From Deinococcales bacterium (GTDB taxonomy: Bacteria > Deinococcota > Deinococci > Deinococcales > JAAFIG01): a DNA stretch of 64,000 nt. The notes below the pieces were generated by a model, which searched no databases, had not been told where the DNA came from, and saw nothing but the letters and a program-made list of their open reading frames with translations. How positions within the stretch are numbered: position 1 is the stretch's first letter; each line of letters opens with the position of its first letter. Of the stretch, positions 9,168-18,580 are shown in pieces. Location of the stretch: the NCBI GenBank assembly GCA_031414595.1, contig JANNVX010000064.1, positions 9,283-73,282 of the forward strand. The letters are read 5' to 3'. Both the position numbers and the translations under genes were made by a program.

Positions 9168-9425
9168 TTATTCATAATGAAACCGACATGACGCAATAAA
9201 TAATTGCTCTCCTCGGACTTGATAAATAATTCTGTGTTCATCTGTTATCCGCCTTGACCAAAAACCTGCGTAATCGTACTTGAGTGGTTCGGGTTTTCCT
9301 GTTCCTGTAAAAGGGGTTCTTTTAATTTCCCCAATGAGTTGATTGATTTTTTTAATTAGCTTTGGTTCATTTTGTTGAAACCACAAATAATCTTCCTAAG
9401 CAATTTGCGAAAACTCGAGATTCAT
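9168..9425 (-). pseudogene. yoeB: Txe/YoeB toxin with in-frame amber stop at codon 10
   Basis: ATG at 9425 overlaps the antitoxin stop and reads MNLEFSQIA*EDYLWF...PFTGTGKPEPLKYDYAGFWSRRITDEHRIIY...CRFHYE. TAG at 9396-9398 is where YoeB normally has Trp. Confidence 0.85.
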
Positions 9426-9661
9426 AAATCTGCAAGATTTTTCTGAATTGTCTGTCCAGCTTTTATCTGCCTAATTCCCTCGAGAACCCGCGCTGCATTA
9501 ACAGGATTACTCTTAAGATACAGTGTTTCTTGCAAAGAATCCCATTCTTTTTTGGACATCACCACAAATTCTTCGCCCACCGAATTGACCAACAATGCCG
9601 AGCTTTCAACCTGACTTAAGACACTATCAAAACTTGGTTGTTCAACATGAATCGTAATCAT
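9422..9661 (-). CDS. yefM: Phd/YefM antitoxin
   Basis: VVMSKKEWDSLQETLYLKSNPVNAARVLEGI is a typical YefM segment; ATGA-coupled to yoeB. Confidence 0.85.
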   Translation of the reverse strand: MITIHVEQPSFDSVLSQVESSALLVNSVGEEFVVMSKKEWDSLQETLYLKSNPVNAARVLEGIRQIKAGQTIQKNLADL

Positions 9662-9668
9662 AACCCTC

Positions 9669-10238
9669 CTAAACCCACCAACGAACTAAAAAATCTGAAA
9701 ACTCGAGTGGGGCAACCATCTGACCAACGTGGTATTTCTGTACATCCTGATATGTTTTGCCATTTGAGGAGCGGTAAACCTCGAGCCAGCCCGCATTTAG
9801 ATTATAAATCCAGTATTCTGGCACAAAATTCCGCGCATATGCCTCGAGCTTTTCGCTTTGGTCACGATTTAAGGTGCTGTCTGAAATTTCGATAACCAAG
9901 TAAGCATCAGTGTTGTTTACGTCACGCTGCGCGTATTGTTCTTTGGGTAAACGGAGCAAGGCTAAGTCTGGTTCAATGAAATCTGGTGGGGGACTAAACA
10001 AAACCAGTGGGCATTGGCTCGAGACATAGGCTTGGGATTGCAAACCAAGCACAAACTGCTCATTCAAATCACGTACTGCTTGGGCATGACGAAAACCTTG
10101 TTGACCTTTCACAAATAACTCTCCATTCAAAAGTTCAACATGTTTATCGCCAAAAAAACTTTGCTCAGACAGCCATTCAAAGTCCGACAAGGTAAATTTT
10201 AGCTTGCCTTCCTTTGGTGACTCGAGTAACTGAGTCAT
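9669..10238 (-). CDS. Uma2 family endonuclease-fold protein
   Basis: VELLNGEL, EPDLALL, LVIEISDSTL..D...K...YA...VPEYWI motifs. Confidence 0.92.
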   Translation of the reverse strand: MTQLLESPKEGKLKFTLSDFEWLSEQSFFGDKHVELLNGELFVKGQQGFRHAQAVRDLNEQFVLGLQSQAYVSSQCPLVLFSPPPDFIEPDLALLRLPKEQYAQRDVNNTDAYLVIEISDSTLNRDQSEKLEAYARNFVPEYWIYNLNAGWLEVYRSSNGKTYQDVQKYHVGQMVAPLEFSDFLVRWWV

Positions 10239-10675
10239 TGGCTGTCCTTGATGGCATCTATGATTCGGCGGTAATCGAGTTTTTCACCCGGTTTCGGCGC
10301 ACGGTATTCCTCTGAGTGCCGCACCAATAATTCATCGGACTTAAAGGCATTGTTCTCGAGTTTGCCTTGCACCGTCACACCCATACCTTCACGGAATAAA
10401 TCTGGGGGTGTCCCACGGTGCGAGATTGGTAACACAGTTGTGCCATCAGAGATTCTAAAAGTGACTTCTAAAGTATCGCGGTTAAATTTGACACTGCCCG
10501 GTTCGACCACACCACCCAAGCGAATCGTGCGATTGGCATACTTGCTTTGCTCACGGCTAAATTCAGACGGGGTAATAAAAAACACCAAGTTATTTTGCAA
10601 ACTCGAGGTCAGGATAATGCCAATGCCAATTAAAACCACAACCGCGCCAATTAAGTATTTGGTATTGCCTTTCAT
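10235..10675 (-). CDS. ccmE: Heme chaperone CcmE
   Basis: FFITPSE, RLGGVV, PPDLFREG.GV.VQG and HSEEY heme-binding motif. Confidence 0.95.
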   Translation of the reverse strand: MKGNTKYLIGAVVVLIGIGIILTSSLQNNLVFFITPSEFSREQSKYANRTIRLGGVVEPGSVKFNRDTLEVTFRISDGTTVLPISHRGTPPDLFREGMGVTVQGKLENNAFKSDELLVRHSEEYRAPKPGEKLDYRRIIDAIKDSQ

Positions 10676-10824
10676 GATTTCACCTCGAGGTCGCGCTCTT
10701 GTTCTTTTAAGCGTTTATTCATCCGCACCAAGTACCAAGTGTAGCCGCCAAGCAGCAAAATCGTCATGCCATAACCCCAGTAAACAAAAACATCCCATTG
10801 ATTCGGACTACCAAGTTCAGTCAT
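10672..10824 (-). CDS. ccmD: Heme exporter protein CcmD (50 aa, absent from the ORF track)
   Basis: Manual translation MTELGSPNQWDVFVYWGYGMTILLLGGYTWYLVRMNKRLKEQERDLEVKS. Single TM helix with charged tail; overlaps the ccmC stop and the ccmE start. Confidence 0.85.
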   Translation of the reverse strand: MTELGSPNQWDVFVYWGYGMTILLLGGYTWYLVRMNKRLKEQERDLEVKS

Positions 10825-11539
10825 GGGCTAACACCCCTTTAAGCTCGAGATTAAGCTCATGTTCCTCGAGACGGGCTTGTTGGGCTGCCAATTGTCCACG
10901 TAAGCGCAGTAAATAGGCATAGAGGATTGTAAAACCAAGCAGTGCCAGTAAAAAGCCAATCAAAATACCATCATTTTGTAAAGCACTACGCCGTTCAGCG
11001 ATTGAAACCGTTGGGGTTTGATGCAGTGTACTCCACCAGTAAACACTCATGTAATTGATCGGCACACCAACACTGGCAACAATCCCAATCACGGCACTGA
11101 CTCGAGCGCGACGACCGCTATCTTCAATCATACCGCGAACCATCAGCATTCCGATGTAAACCATCAGCATCAGCGCCGTGGTGGTCAGACGGGCATCGCC
11201 CCAAGTCCAATACGCGCCCCAAGTCGGACGACCCCACAATGCCCCCGTAAAAAGCGACAAAATAATAAACACCACACCGATTTCGGTACTTGCTAAGGAC
11301 AAGCGATCCCAATGGTGGTTACGGGTAATCAAATACGCCAAACCAAACGCTGCCGCTAAACCAAACGACAAGTACGCCAACCAACTCGAGCCAACATGAA
11401 TTGGTAGAATCCGCGTCAAATACCCTTGCAGCACATCTGGCGGGGCAGTAAAGGTAAAAAACAAGGCAATCAGAATAATCCCAACACTCGAGTACCCAAG
11501 TGTAGGGGTCAGCCAAGGCGCAAGCGCGAGTTTCTTCAT
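10817..11539 (-). CDS. ccmC: Heme exporter CcmC
   Basis: GALWGRPTWGAYWTWGDARLT WWD motif, IHV and LHQ histidines. TACAAT lies 6 nt before the ATG. Confidence 0.95.
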   Translation of the reverse strand: MKKLALAPWLTPTLGYSSVGIILIALFFTFTAPPDVLQGYLTRILPIHVGSSWLAYLSFGLAAAFGLAYLITRNHHWDRLSLASTEIGVVFIILSLFTGALWGRPTWGAYWTWGDARLTTTALMLMVYIGMLMVRGMIEDSGRRARVSAVIGIVASVGVPINYMSVYWWSTLHQTPTVSIAERRSALQNDGILIGFLLALLGFTILYAYLLRLRGQLAAQQARLEEHELNLELKGVLAHD

Positions 11540-11605
11540 ATTCTAATTGTACGCAACAAAGGTGAAACTTGGTTGAACTTAAGTCCCTCCCCATGATAGG
11601 GGTCG

Positions 11606-12280
11606 TTACTCGACTGCATATGGAAATGCGAGTGTACAAACCACAAGGTAGACCGCGTTAAACCCAGCCAGTAAACGAATCCAACCCCAAACATCCTCGC
11701 CTGAATCTGGCAAGGTCAAACCCACCGTGGCTTTCACACAAGCAATCACGACGGGTACAACAATTGGGAAAATTAGCACGGGTAGTAAACTCTCCCTCGA
11801 GCGCAAGTTGATGGTTAAGGCACTTTGGAAACTCGAGATGATACTAAACCCCATCACACCAAGAAAAACCGTTAAAGCAAAGGGGAGTTCACGCCCTGAA
11901 ATACTCACGCCATACAAAAGCAATGTAAACGGCGCAGTGACCAGTGCTAAAATAAGCATCAAACCCAGATTACCCAGTAACTTGCCAAGGTAAATCAGTT
12001 CATGCGGCACAGGATAAAGCAGCAAGGTCTCGAGCGCCCCATCTTCGGATTCGGAAGCAAAAGCCCGAGAAGCCGCCAAAATACTGGCAAAAGCAATGGC
12101 GACCCACAAAATCCCTGGCGCGGCTTCTCGGAGTTTACGGGTTTCAGGACCAAAGGCAAATGCCAGAATTGTAATCACCAGCACCGCAAAAAAAAGTGTT
12201 GCTGCCAGCACATCTCGGGCGCGACCCTCAACCCGCCAGTCTTTTAAGGCAATGGTTAGGATAATCTGCCATGAATTCAT
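11606..12280 (-). CDS. ccmB: Heme exporter permease CcmB
   Basis: APGILWVA, F.SESEDGALETLLL and LLPVLIFP..VPVVI. Confidence 0.93.
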   Translation of the reverse strand: MNSWQIILTIALKDWRVEGRARDVLAATLFFAVLVITILAFAFGPETRKLREAAPGILWVAIAFASILAASRAFASESEDGALETLLLYPVPHELIYLGKLLGNLGLMLILALVTAPFTLLLYGVSISGRELPFALTVFLGVMGFSIISSFQSALTINLRSRESLLPVLIFPIVVPVVIACVKATVGLTLPDSGEDVWGWIRLLAGFNAVYLVVCTLAFPYAVE

Positions 12281-12329
12281 GGGTTCACCGTAACTGAAAA
12301 ATTCTCAGGACATTCAGAATCACACGGGA

Positions 12330-12560
12330 GAAGCCCCTCGCCCCGGTTCGCGCTTCGCTTGAACGCCCCTCCCCCAACCGCTTCGCGGGGGAGGGGTAAG
12401 CTAAGAGCTAAAAGCAATAGACCTAACCTCCTCTTTTTCGAGCGCCCAAAGCCCGAAGCGCCCAAAGCCCAAAGGTGCTGTTTCAGGGGCAAGACAGGTG
12501 TTGTTTCAGGGGTAAGAGAGGGGGTCGCCGAAGCGCGAACAGCCCGCAAGGTGCTGTCTT
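12330..12560. repeat. Composite palindromic non-coding element between ccmA and ccmB
   Basis: Inverted repeat gttcgcgcttcg (12346-12357) / cgaagcgcgaac (12529-12540); hairpin cccctccccc...gggggagggg (12366-12396); heptamers at 12443-12473; 23-bp tandem pair at 12473-12518. Confidence 0.75.
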
Positions 12561-12602
12561 GTGAGCAAGAAGGCGGGGGGAGTCCATAAGAGGTTACGTT
12601 TT

Positions 12603-13247
12603 TCATTCATTTCCCTTTGGGTCTCGAGGCTCAGAAATAACACCATTCTCGAGCATGACCGATAAGGTCGCAATTTTATCGGTGCGTTCTGGTTCATGTG
12701 AAGCAATAATCAAGGTCGCCCCGCGTTGTTGTTGCTCGAGCATCAGGGCTTCGACCAAGTTTTTACCCTCTGGGTCTAGGGCAGCAAAGGGTTCATCGAG
12801 TAAAATCAGTTCTGGCTCAAGCAGCAGCATTTTAGCCAGCGCGAGGCGTTTTCGCATCCCACTCGAGTAACCACGCACCCGATTTTGGCTGTGCAGTCCA
12901 ACTTTCTCGAGGGCGGCAGGAATACTGGCGGTTTTTTGGTGCATTTTTAGGGCAAATTCAAGGTTTTCTGCGCCAGTTAAGTCTGGATAAAACCCTAAGC
13001 TATGCGAAACAATCAGGATTTTACCTCGGTACTCGAGACGGTTCCGCAGGTCTGACCCTAGGATTTTACCCGTGCCACGAGTTGGTACGAGGCTCGAGGC
13101 AATGATTTTTAGGAGCGTGGTTTTACCCGCGCCATTTGCCCCGTATAAAGCCAGAATTTGATTCGTTGGCAGGACTAAACTTGTGCCACGCAGCACATAG
13201 GAACGTTGGTAGCGATGCACCAAGCCGATAAGTTCTACTGCGTTCAC
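12603..13247 (-). CDS. ccmA: Heme ABC exporter ATPase CcmA
   Basis: GANGAGKTT, YSSGMRKR and LLDEPF. TAAACT lies 6 nt before the GTG. Confidence 0.92.
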   Translation of the reverse strand: MNAVELIGLVHRYQRSYVLRGTSLVLPTNQILALYGANGAGKTTLLKIIASSLVPTRGTGKILGSDLRNRLEYRGKILIVSHSLGFYPDLTGAENLEFALKMHQKTASIPAALEKVGLHSQNRVRGYSSGMRKRLALAKMLLLEPELILLDEPFAALDPEGKNLVEALMLEQQQRGATLIIASHEPERTDKIATLSVMLENGVISEPRDPKGNE

Positions 13248-13277
13248 GATATTAGTTTAACTCGAGTAGCGTGGGAC

Positions 13278-14120
13278 TCAGACCCCACAACCCGAGACAA
13301 GACGTTGCACAAATTTCTTGCCATCCCATTGCACTGCAAAAGTAGCCGAGTCTTCGTAAATGGCTTCAAAGTACAACACCTCGAGTTTGCCATCGCCGTT
13401 TAAGTCTAGGACATTGACCAAATCCCAAACATCGGGGTTGTTTTGCATTCCAGCCTCAATATCGGCATCAGTCGTGGTTTTTAAGTGGATTTCCTGACCC
13501 AAAGAAATAGTTTGGACTTTGCCAGCCACGATTTTACGCACCAACAGCAGACTGTAATCGCCTTTTTCGCCTCGAGCGCTTGGGAATAAACCACTGCGGT
13601 AGCCTCGAGTCGCCGCAATAATAATTTCATCTTGTTTGTCGTTGTCAAGGTCAGTTTTAATCAGGCTGGTAATCTTCACTTCGGGGTTCTTAAGTCCTAA
13701 TTTCTCGAGGTATTGGGAAACCACGGCTCGGTATGTGCCATTATCGTTAGACAATACGGTCACGGCTCGAGGACGAAGATTCCAAGTGGCGTTGGTGGCA
13801 ATCACCCAGTTCTTTGCGGCGGGAACAGGATTTAATTTTACGCCGTAAGTTTCTTCGCACGGCACACCGTAGGATTCTTTGGCTGTGCCAACACTGGCGC
13901 TAGTGATTTTACCGCCCATTGTCCAAAGCGAATTGTATTTCATGCCAGCCGGAGCAACGGCTTTTTTACCGTCTAACCAAGTTGAACCCGACACGCCGCC
14001 TAAGACTTCAAAAACATTTTCTGAAGTTATCGGCGGATAACCAACTAAAAAAGTGGCGCTATTTGGTGCAGCCGCCACACCCAAGGACAAAACAGCCAGT
14101 AATGGTAAGAGTTTTTTCAT
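13278..14120 (-). CDS. Secreted hypothetical protein with Ca-binding DxDxDG-like loops
   Basis: Signal peptide MKKLLPLLAVLSLGVAAA; DLDNDKQDE and DLNGDGKLE loops. TATGCT lies 6 nt before ATG 14120. Confidence 0.75.
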   Translation of the reverse strand: MKKLLPLLAVLSLGVAAAPNSATFLVGYPPITSENVFEVLGGVSGSTWLDGKKAVAPAGMKYNSLWTMGGKITSASVGTAKESYGVPCEETYGVKLNPVPAAKNWVIATNATWNLRPRAVTVLSNDNGTYRAVVSQYLEKLGLKNPEVKITSLIKTDLDNDKQDEIIIAATRGYRSGLFPSARGEKGDYSLLLVRKIVAGKVQTISLGQEIHLKTTTDADIEAGMQNNPDVWDLVNVLDLNGDGKLEVLYFEAIYEDSATFAVQWDGKKFVQRLVSGCGV

Positions 14121-14141
14121 TACTTCAGCATACACGATTTT

Positions 14142-15743
14142 TTAATTCTGCTCGAGAATTATTTTGTCCTGTACCAAAATTCGGCGTGTGGCAATCGTCT
14201 CAAGTAAGCGCCTGTCATGCGAAGCCAGTAACAATGTACCCGTATACTCGAGTAATAATTTCTCGAGAGCAGCAATTGCATCAGTATCCAGATTATTGGT
14301 GGGTTCATCCAAAATCAGCAATGAAGCTCGAGTGACCGATAACCGCGCTAAGGTTAAACGGGTGCGTTGCCCACCAGATAAAGTAGCAATGACTCGGGAT
14401 GGTTCTTTGGGCAACCTTAAACTCGCCAGCAACGCATAGATTTCCTTGGTTTGCAAATGCGGATTAGCAGACAGCAGCGCCTCTTCAAGGGTGATGAATT
14501 CGTTGATTTCCTCAGTGTTCTGGGCTGCCCAGTAGACAGTCACATTCTGCCCGAAAGTCACATTGCCCGTAAACCCGAGTTGCCCTAGAATGGCTTTGAT
14601 TAAGCTGCTCTTACCACCACCATTTGCTCCGACCAACGCAACTTTTTCACCACGTCCAATAAATAAATTAACCTTCTCGAGAATTATTTTTTCATCACGC
14701 TGCACCGTCACACCCTCGAGCTTAAGAACTTCAAACGCACCGACTGGCACAGCATCCAACTGAATTTTGGTCAAAAAACCATCTTCAAAAGGCTTCTCGA
14801 GTTCGCCCATGTGTTCAATGCGTTTCTCGAGTGCCAGCGCACGTTTGCCTTGCTTATGCGACGCTCGGTTCATCAAATGAAAGGCAGTGGTGGCATCACG
14901 GCTTCCCACTCGGTGCTTATTTTCGCTTCTCGAGGCTTGGGCAATGGCGGCTTGGCGCTCAAGGGCTAATTGTTTGATTTTACGTTCATGATTTTCAAAC
15001 GCCAGCAATTGGTTTTCTCGAATGGCTTTTTTAAGCGCCATTGCTTGGCTAAAATTCCCTTCGTACAAGCTGACTTTTTGCCGCTCGAGTTCATAACAAC
15101 GCGTCACTGTCGCATCTAAAAAAGCCCTGTCGTGCGAAACAATCATAAAACCCGCGTCAGAAGCTAAAATCCAATGCTCAAGCCAAGTTAAACTGTCTAA
15201 ATCCAAGTGATTGGTTGGTTCATCCAACAAGTAAAAATCGGCTGGCTGAATCAGTAACCGAGCCAGTAATGCGCGGCGTTCCTGCCCACCAGAAAGCGCG
15301 ATACTCGAGCCTGAGCCTTCTAAACCCAGTCCAGCCAAGATTTCCTCAGCCCGAATTTCAAGGTCGTAGCCACCCGCAATTCTAAATTCTTCTTCTAGCA
15401 GTGCGTACTCGGTAAGATGCTCAGGGCTTGGATTCTCGAGGGCGACTTGGGCTGCCTCGAGTTTATGTTTCAAATCTTTAAGCGCATCGGGCAACACCAC
15501 ATCACGCAGCGCACCTGTCTCGAGGGTCGTGCGTTGTGCGAGATACGCCACTCGCCCAGTCAATGTCACTGTGCCAGTATCAGGTGGCTCAAAACCAGCC
15601 AGAATTTTGAGCAGCGTGGTTTTACCACTGCCATTACGACCCAGCAGCGCAACCCGTTCGCCCATCTGTAACTCGAGGGCGACATCATCAAAAATTAAAT
15701 TGTCTGCAAAGCGCTTTTGCGCTCCACGCATGATTAAGCTCAC
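14142..15743 (-). CDS. ABC-F family ribosome-binding ATPase, probably of the antibiotic-resistance type
   Basis: Two ABC domains (GRNGSGKTT/LSGGQERR/LLDEPTNHLD and GANGGGKSS/LSGGQRTR/ILDEPTNNLD), no TM segments, long linker. GTG at 15743 follows GGAGG. Confidence 0.9.
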   Translation of the reverse strand: MSLIMRGAQKRFADNLIFDDVALELQMGERVALLGRNGSGKTTLLKILAGFEPPDTGTVTLTGRVAYLAQRTTLETGALRDVVLPDALKDLKHKLEAAQVALENPSPEHLTEYALLEEEFRIAGGYDLEIRAEEILAGLGLEGSGSSIALSGGQERRALLARLLIQPADFYLLDEPTNHLDLDSLTWLEHWILASDAGFMIVSHDRAFLDATVTRCYELERQKVSLYEGNFSQAMALKKAIRENQLLAFENHERKIKQLALERQAAIAQASRSENKHRVGSRDATTAFHLMNRASHKQGKRALALEKRIEHMGELEKPFEDGFLTKIQLDAVPVGAFEVLKLEGVTVQRDEKIILEKVNLFIGRGEKVALVGANGGGKSSLIKAILGQLGFTGNVTFGQNVTVYWAAQNTEEINEFITLEEALLSANPHLQTKEIYALLASLRLPKEPSRVIATLSGGQRTRLTLARLSVTRASLLILDEPTNNLDTDAIAALEKLLLEYTGTLLLASHDRRLLETIATRRILVQDKIILEQN

Positions 15744-15788
15744 GTGAACCTCCAAGAAAAAAGGGTGAAGACCTCTTGCCTATGGTGA

Positions 15789-15806
15789 TTAACGCAAACG
15801 TGTCAT
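15789..15806 (-). promoter_or_regulatory. Leader uORF MTRLR upstream of the ABC-F gene
   Basis: AAAGGA-7 nt-ATG ACA CGT TTG CGT TAA, 45 nt before the ABC-F start. Confidence 0.7.
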
Positions 15807-15946
15807 GCAGTAGTCCTTTGAAATAATTAAAGCCGTTGACTCGAGCCAATTCTCGAGGGAGTGGTTTAGATTAACCCAAAATGTGCAGTAAAATCATTAC
15901 GAAAAATGGCGTATCTCTCACCCGGATTTTTGTTAGCATACGCGGC

Positions 15947-16441
15947 GTGAATCCGCTTGTTGGCATTATCATGGGCAGCCAATCCGACTTAGAAACTATG
16001 CAGCACACGGCGAATACCTTGCGTGACCTCGAGATACCTTTTGAAATGCGAATTGTTAGCGCTCATCGCACCCCAGATTTACTTTTTGAATACGCCAAAA
16101 GCGCCGAGGCTCGAGGGCTTGAAGTGATTATCGCGGGGGCAGGCGGCGCAGCACATTTACCCGGAATGGCAGCCAGTCAAACCGTACTGCCCGTACTTGG
16201 CGTACCCGTACAAAGTAAAGCCCTAAACGGCTTAGATAGCTTACTGAGCATTGTGCAAATGCCGGCTGGAATTCCAGTGGCAACGCTGGCGATTGGCAAC
16301 GCTGGTGCTGTCAATGCGGCACTTTTAGCTGCCGCCATCCTAGGCAATAAATACCCAGAAACTCGAGAGAAGCTGCGTTCTTGGCGTGAAAAACAAACAA
16401 AAACAGTTCTCGAGAACAGCCAACTCGAGGGCAATTCATGA
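15947..16441 (+). CDS. purE: N5-CAIR mutase
   Basis: [17 protein letters not shown] and [18 protein letters not shown] lies 7 nt before GTG 15947. Confidence 0.97.
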   Translation: MNPLVGIIMGSQSDLETMQHTANTLRDLEIPFEMRIVSAHRTPDLLFEYAKSAEARGLEVIIAGAGGAAHLPGMAASQTVLPVLGVPVQSKALNGLDSLLSIVQMPAGIPVATLAIGNAGAVNAALLAAAILGNKYPETREKLRSWREKQTKTVLENSQLEGNS

Positions 16442-17538
16442 TTCCGCCCGGAAGCACGATTGGCATTTTGGGTGGTGGGCAACTGGCGCGAATGCTGGCG
16501 CTGGCAGCCAGACCAATGGGATATAACGTCGTGGTACTCGACCCAGACCCAGACTGCCCAGCTTCTGGTGTGGTGGACGAAGTGATTGTTGGTGCATTTG
16601 ACAGCCCGAATGCCTATGCACAACTGGCTCAGGTCTGTGATGTGGTGACTTTAGAGTTTGAGAATATCCCATCAGAACACCTCAAAGCCCTCGAGCAAAC
16701 CGTACCGTTGCGCCCAAACCGCAAAGTTCTTGAACGCAGCCGAGACCGACTGCTCGAGAAGAGCTTTATTACCAAAGCCGGTGTGCGTTGCGCTCCATTC
16801 CAAGCAATTTATGCCAGCAGCGACCTAGTAGCAGCCAGATACCCCGCAATTCTCAAAACTGCCACGTTAGGTTATGACGGCAAAGGACAAGCTAAGGTCT
16901 ACACCCAACTCGAGGCAGTCAAGGCTTTTGAGCGCTTTGGCAGTGTGCCATGTGTTTTAGAAGGTATTATAGATTTTTTTCTCGAGATTAGCGTGATTGT
17001 GGCACGCTCAAGTACCCAAACCAAATGTTTTCCAGTCTTTGAAAACCAGCATCAGAACGGAATTTTGGACATCACCCTAGTGCCGGCTCGGATTCCAGAA
17101 GAAACCGCCGAAAAAGCCAAAGAAATTGCTATTAAACTTGCCAATGCCCTCGAGTTACATGGATTGCTCTGCGTTGAAATGTTTGTCACCAACAACCAAC
17201 AAATTCTGGTCAATGAGATTGCACCAAGACCACACAACTCTGGGCATGTGACAATCGAAGCCTGTCAAACCAGTCAATTTGAACAAGCCGTGCGTGCCGT
17301 CTGCGATTTACCACTTGGCAGCACCGAATTACACTCGAGTGGCGCAATGGCGAACTTACTTGGTGAACACATCTCCCCAACTGCCAACTTTGGTGCAGCG
17401 CTCGAGACTGGGGCAAAACTGCACTTGTACCAAAAGCGCGAAGCTCGAGCAGGGCGCAAGATGGGGCATTTAACCGCGCTTGGTGAAGATGCTTTTGAAA
17501 AAGTTAAAGCGGCTCGAGCAGTGCTTAAAGAAACATAA
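16438..17538 (+). CDS. purK: N5-CAIR synthase
   Basis: [30 protein letters not shown] and GRKMGH; coupled to purE. Confidence 0.97.
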   Translation: MIPPGSTIGILGGGQLARMLALAARPMGYNVVVLDPDPDCPASGVVDEVIVGAFDSPNAYAQLAQVCDVVTLEFENIPSEHLKALEQTVPLRPNRKVLERSRDRLLEKSFITKAGVRCAPFQAIYASSDLVAARYPAILKTATLGYDGKGQAKVYTQLEAVKAFERFGSVPCVLEGIIDFFLEISVIVARSSTQTKCFPVFENQHQNGILDITLVPARIPEETAEKAKEIAIKLANALELHGLLCVEMFVTNNQQILVNEIAPRPHNSGHVTIEACQTSQFEQAVRAVCDLPLGSTELHSSGAMANLLGEHISPTANFGAALETGAKLHLYQKREARAGRKMGHLTALGEDAFEKVKAARAVLKET

Positions 17539-17541
17539 ACC

Positions 17542-17625
17542 ATGCTTGAAGAACGTGCTAAGCGGGGTTCTCGAGAAAAGTTCTTAACTGCCTCGCAAGC
17601 CATGCCAAATGTTGCCCAAACCCAG
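17542..17625 (+). pseudogene. C-terminal remnant of a HicB-like/RHH antitoxin
   Basis: LEERAKRGSREKFLTASQAMPNV resembles the C-terminal half of a widespread small antitoxin family; the N-terminal DNA-binding half is absent. Confidence 0.5.
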
Positions 17626-17654
17626 AAGATATGTAATTGCTGTACAATTGAGCC

Positions 17655-17897
17655 ATGAACTTAGACCTACCCAGCAAAACAGCCAAAACCCTCGAGCAAC
17701 TGAGGCGTTCGCTTGGCACGACCAGAGAGGAAGCCATTGACCGCGCCTTGAATTCTTATCTGGACGACATCAAAATGGAACGGGTTTTGACTGTCCCAAA
17801 TCCTCGGACTAAAGACATGACCGAAGATGATGTTTATGAAGTTGCCAATGCTGCCATAAAACGCGCTCGAGCCGAAAAGCGTGAGAAGAAACGGTGA
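17655..17897 (+). CDS. CopG/RHH-type antitoxin
   Basis: 80 aa with an RHH-like N-terminus (LDLP...LEQL...TREEAIDRAL); coupled to the PIN gene. TACAAT lies 6 nt before the ATG. Confidence 0.75.
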   Translation: MNLDLPSKTAKTLEQLRRSLGTTREEAIDRALNSYLDDIKMERVLTVPNPRTKDMTEDDVYEVANAAIKRARAEKREKKR

Positions 17898-18322
17898 GGG
17901 TGGTTTTAGACACCAATATCTGGGTGGCTGGGGCAGCTAGACCCGAAGGCGTAACAGGCGCAATTCTATTTGCTTGGTTCAAAGAAAGGCGTTTTACACT
18001 ACTCACTTCTAAAAGCCAACTCGAGGAATTCAAGACCGTTACCAAGTATGCCCAAGTCAAAAAGATTCTTGGTAAGAACGAAGCTGGGGCATTGGTTAAT
18101 CGAGTTAAGAAATTAGCTGAGTTTGTATCAGTCCGAGGCATTAAGAAAATTAGTCCAGACCCTGACGATGACTTTATTATTGCCATTGCCACCCAAGGCA
18201 AAGCCAATCATCTGGTCTCGAGAAACAAAATAGATTTACTCGACTTGGGTGTGATTGAGAATGTCCGAATGGTTACGCCCGAGCAGTTCCTACGATTTCT
18301 GCGGCGTGGTCGCTTGAACTGA
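17894..18322 (+). CDS. PIN-domain toxin
   Basis: MRVVLDTNIWV, DPDDDFII and LVSRNKIDLL. Confidence 0.9.
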   Translation: MRVVLDTNIWVAGAARPEGVTGAILFAWFKERRFTLLTSKSQLEEFKTVTKYAQVKKILGKNEAGALVNRVKKLAEFVSVRGIKKISPDPDDDFIIAIATQGKANHLVSRNKIDLLDLGVIENVRMVTPEQFLRFLRRGRLN

Positions 18323-18366
18323 GTCCATAAACCGTAAATCTTTTTCGGGTTGGTCACTACGCCAAA

Positions 18367-18410
18367 CTGATTTCTCTAGGTGCAGTGACCTAGAGAAATC
18401 AGCTGTTTTT
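18367..18410 (+). terminator. Intrinsic terminator after the PIN TA operon
   Basis: 15-bp perfect stem ctgatttctctaggt/acctagagaaatcag followed by ctgttttt. Confidence 0.8.
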
Positions 18411-18580
18411 GCAAAAGTACAAAATCTGGCTGACCATCTGACGAGGTAATAAAAATGCGCCACTTCTGGGCGCTGATAAAAACAAGCATACAGCAATATG
18501 CACAAACTGTCAAATTTATGCACTCGAGTCGTTGTAAACGGTACATATATCAACTCGAGTCGTTGTGAATTCCTTTCGAC

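Noticed and set aside
12277-12606. 109-aa ORF bridging ccmA and ccmB
   Set aside because: It reads through palindromic and heptamer repeats, has low-complexity composition and shows no family signal.
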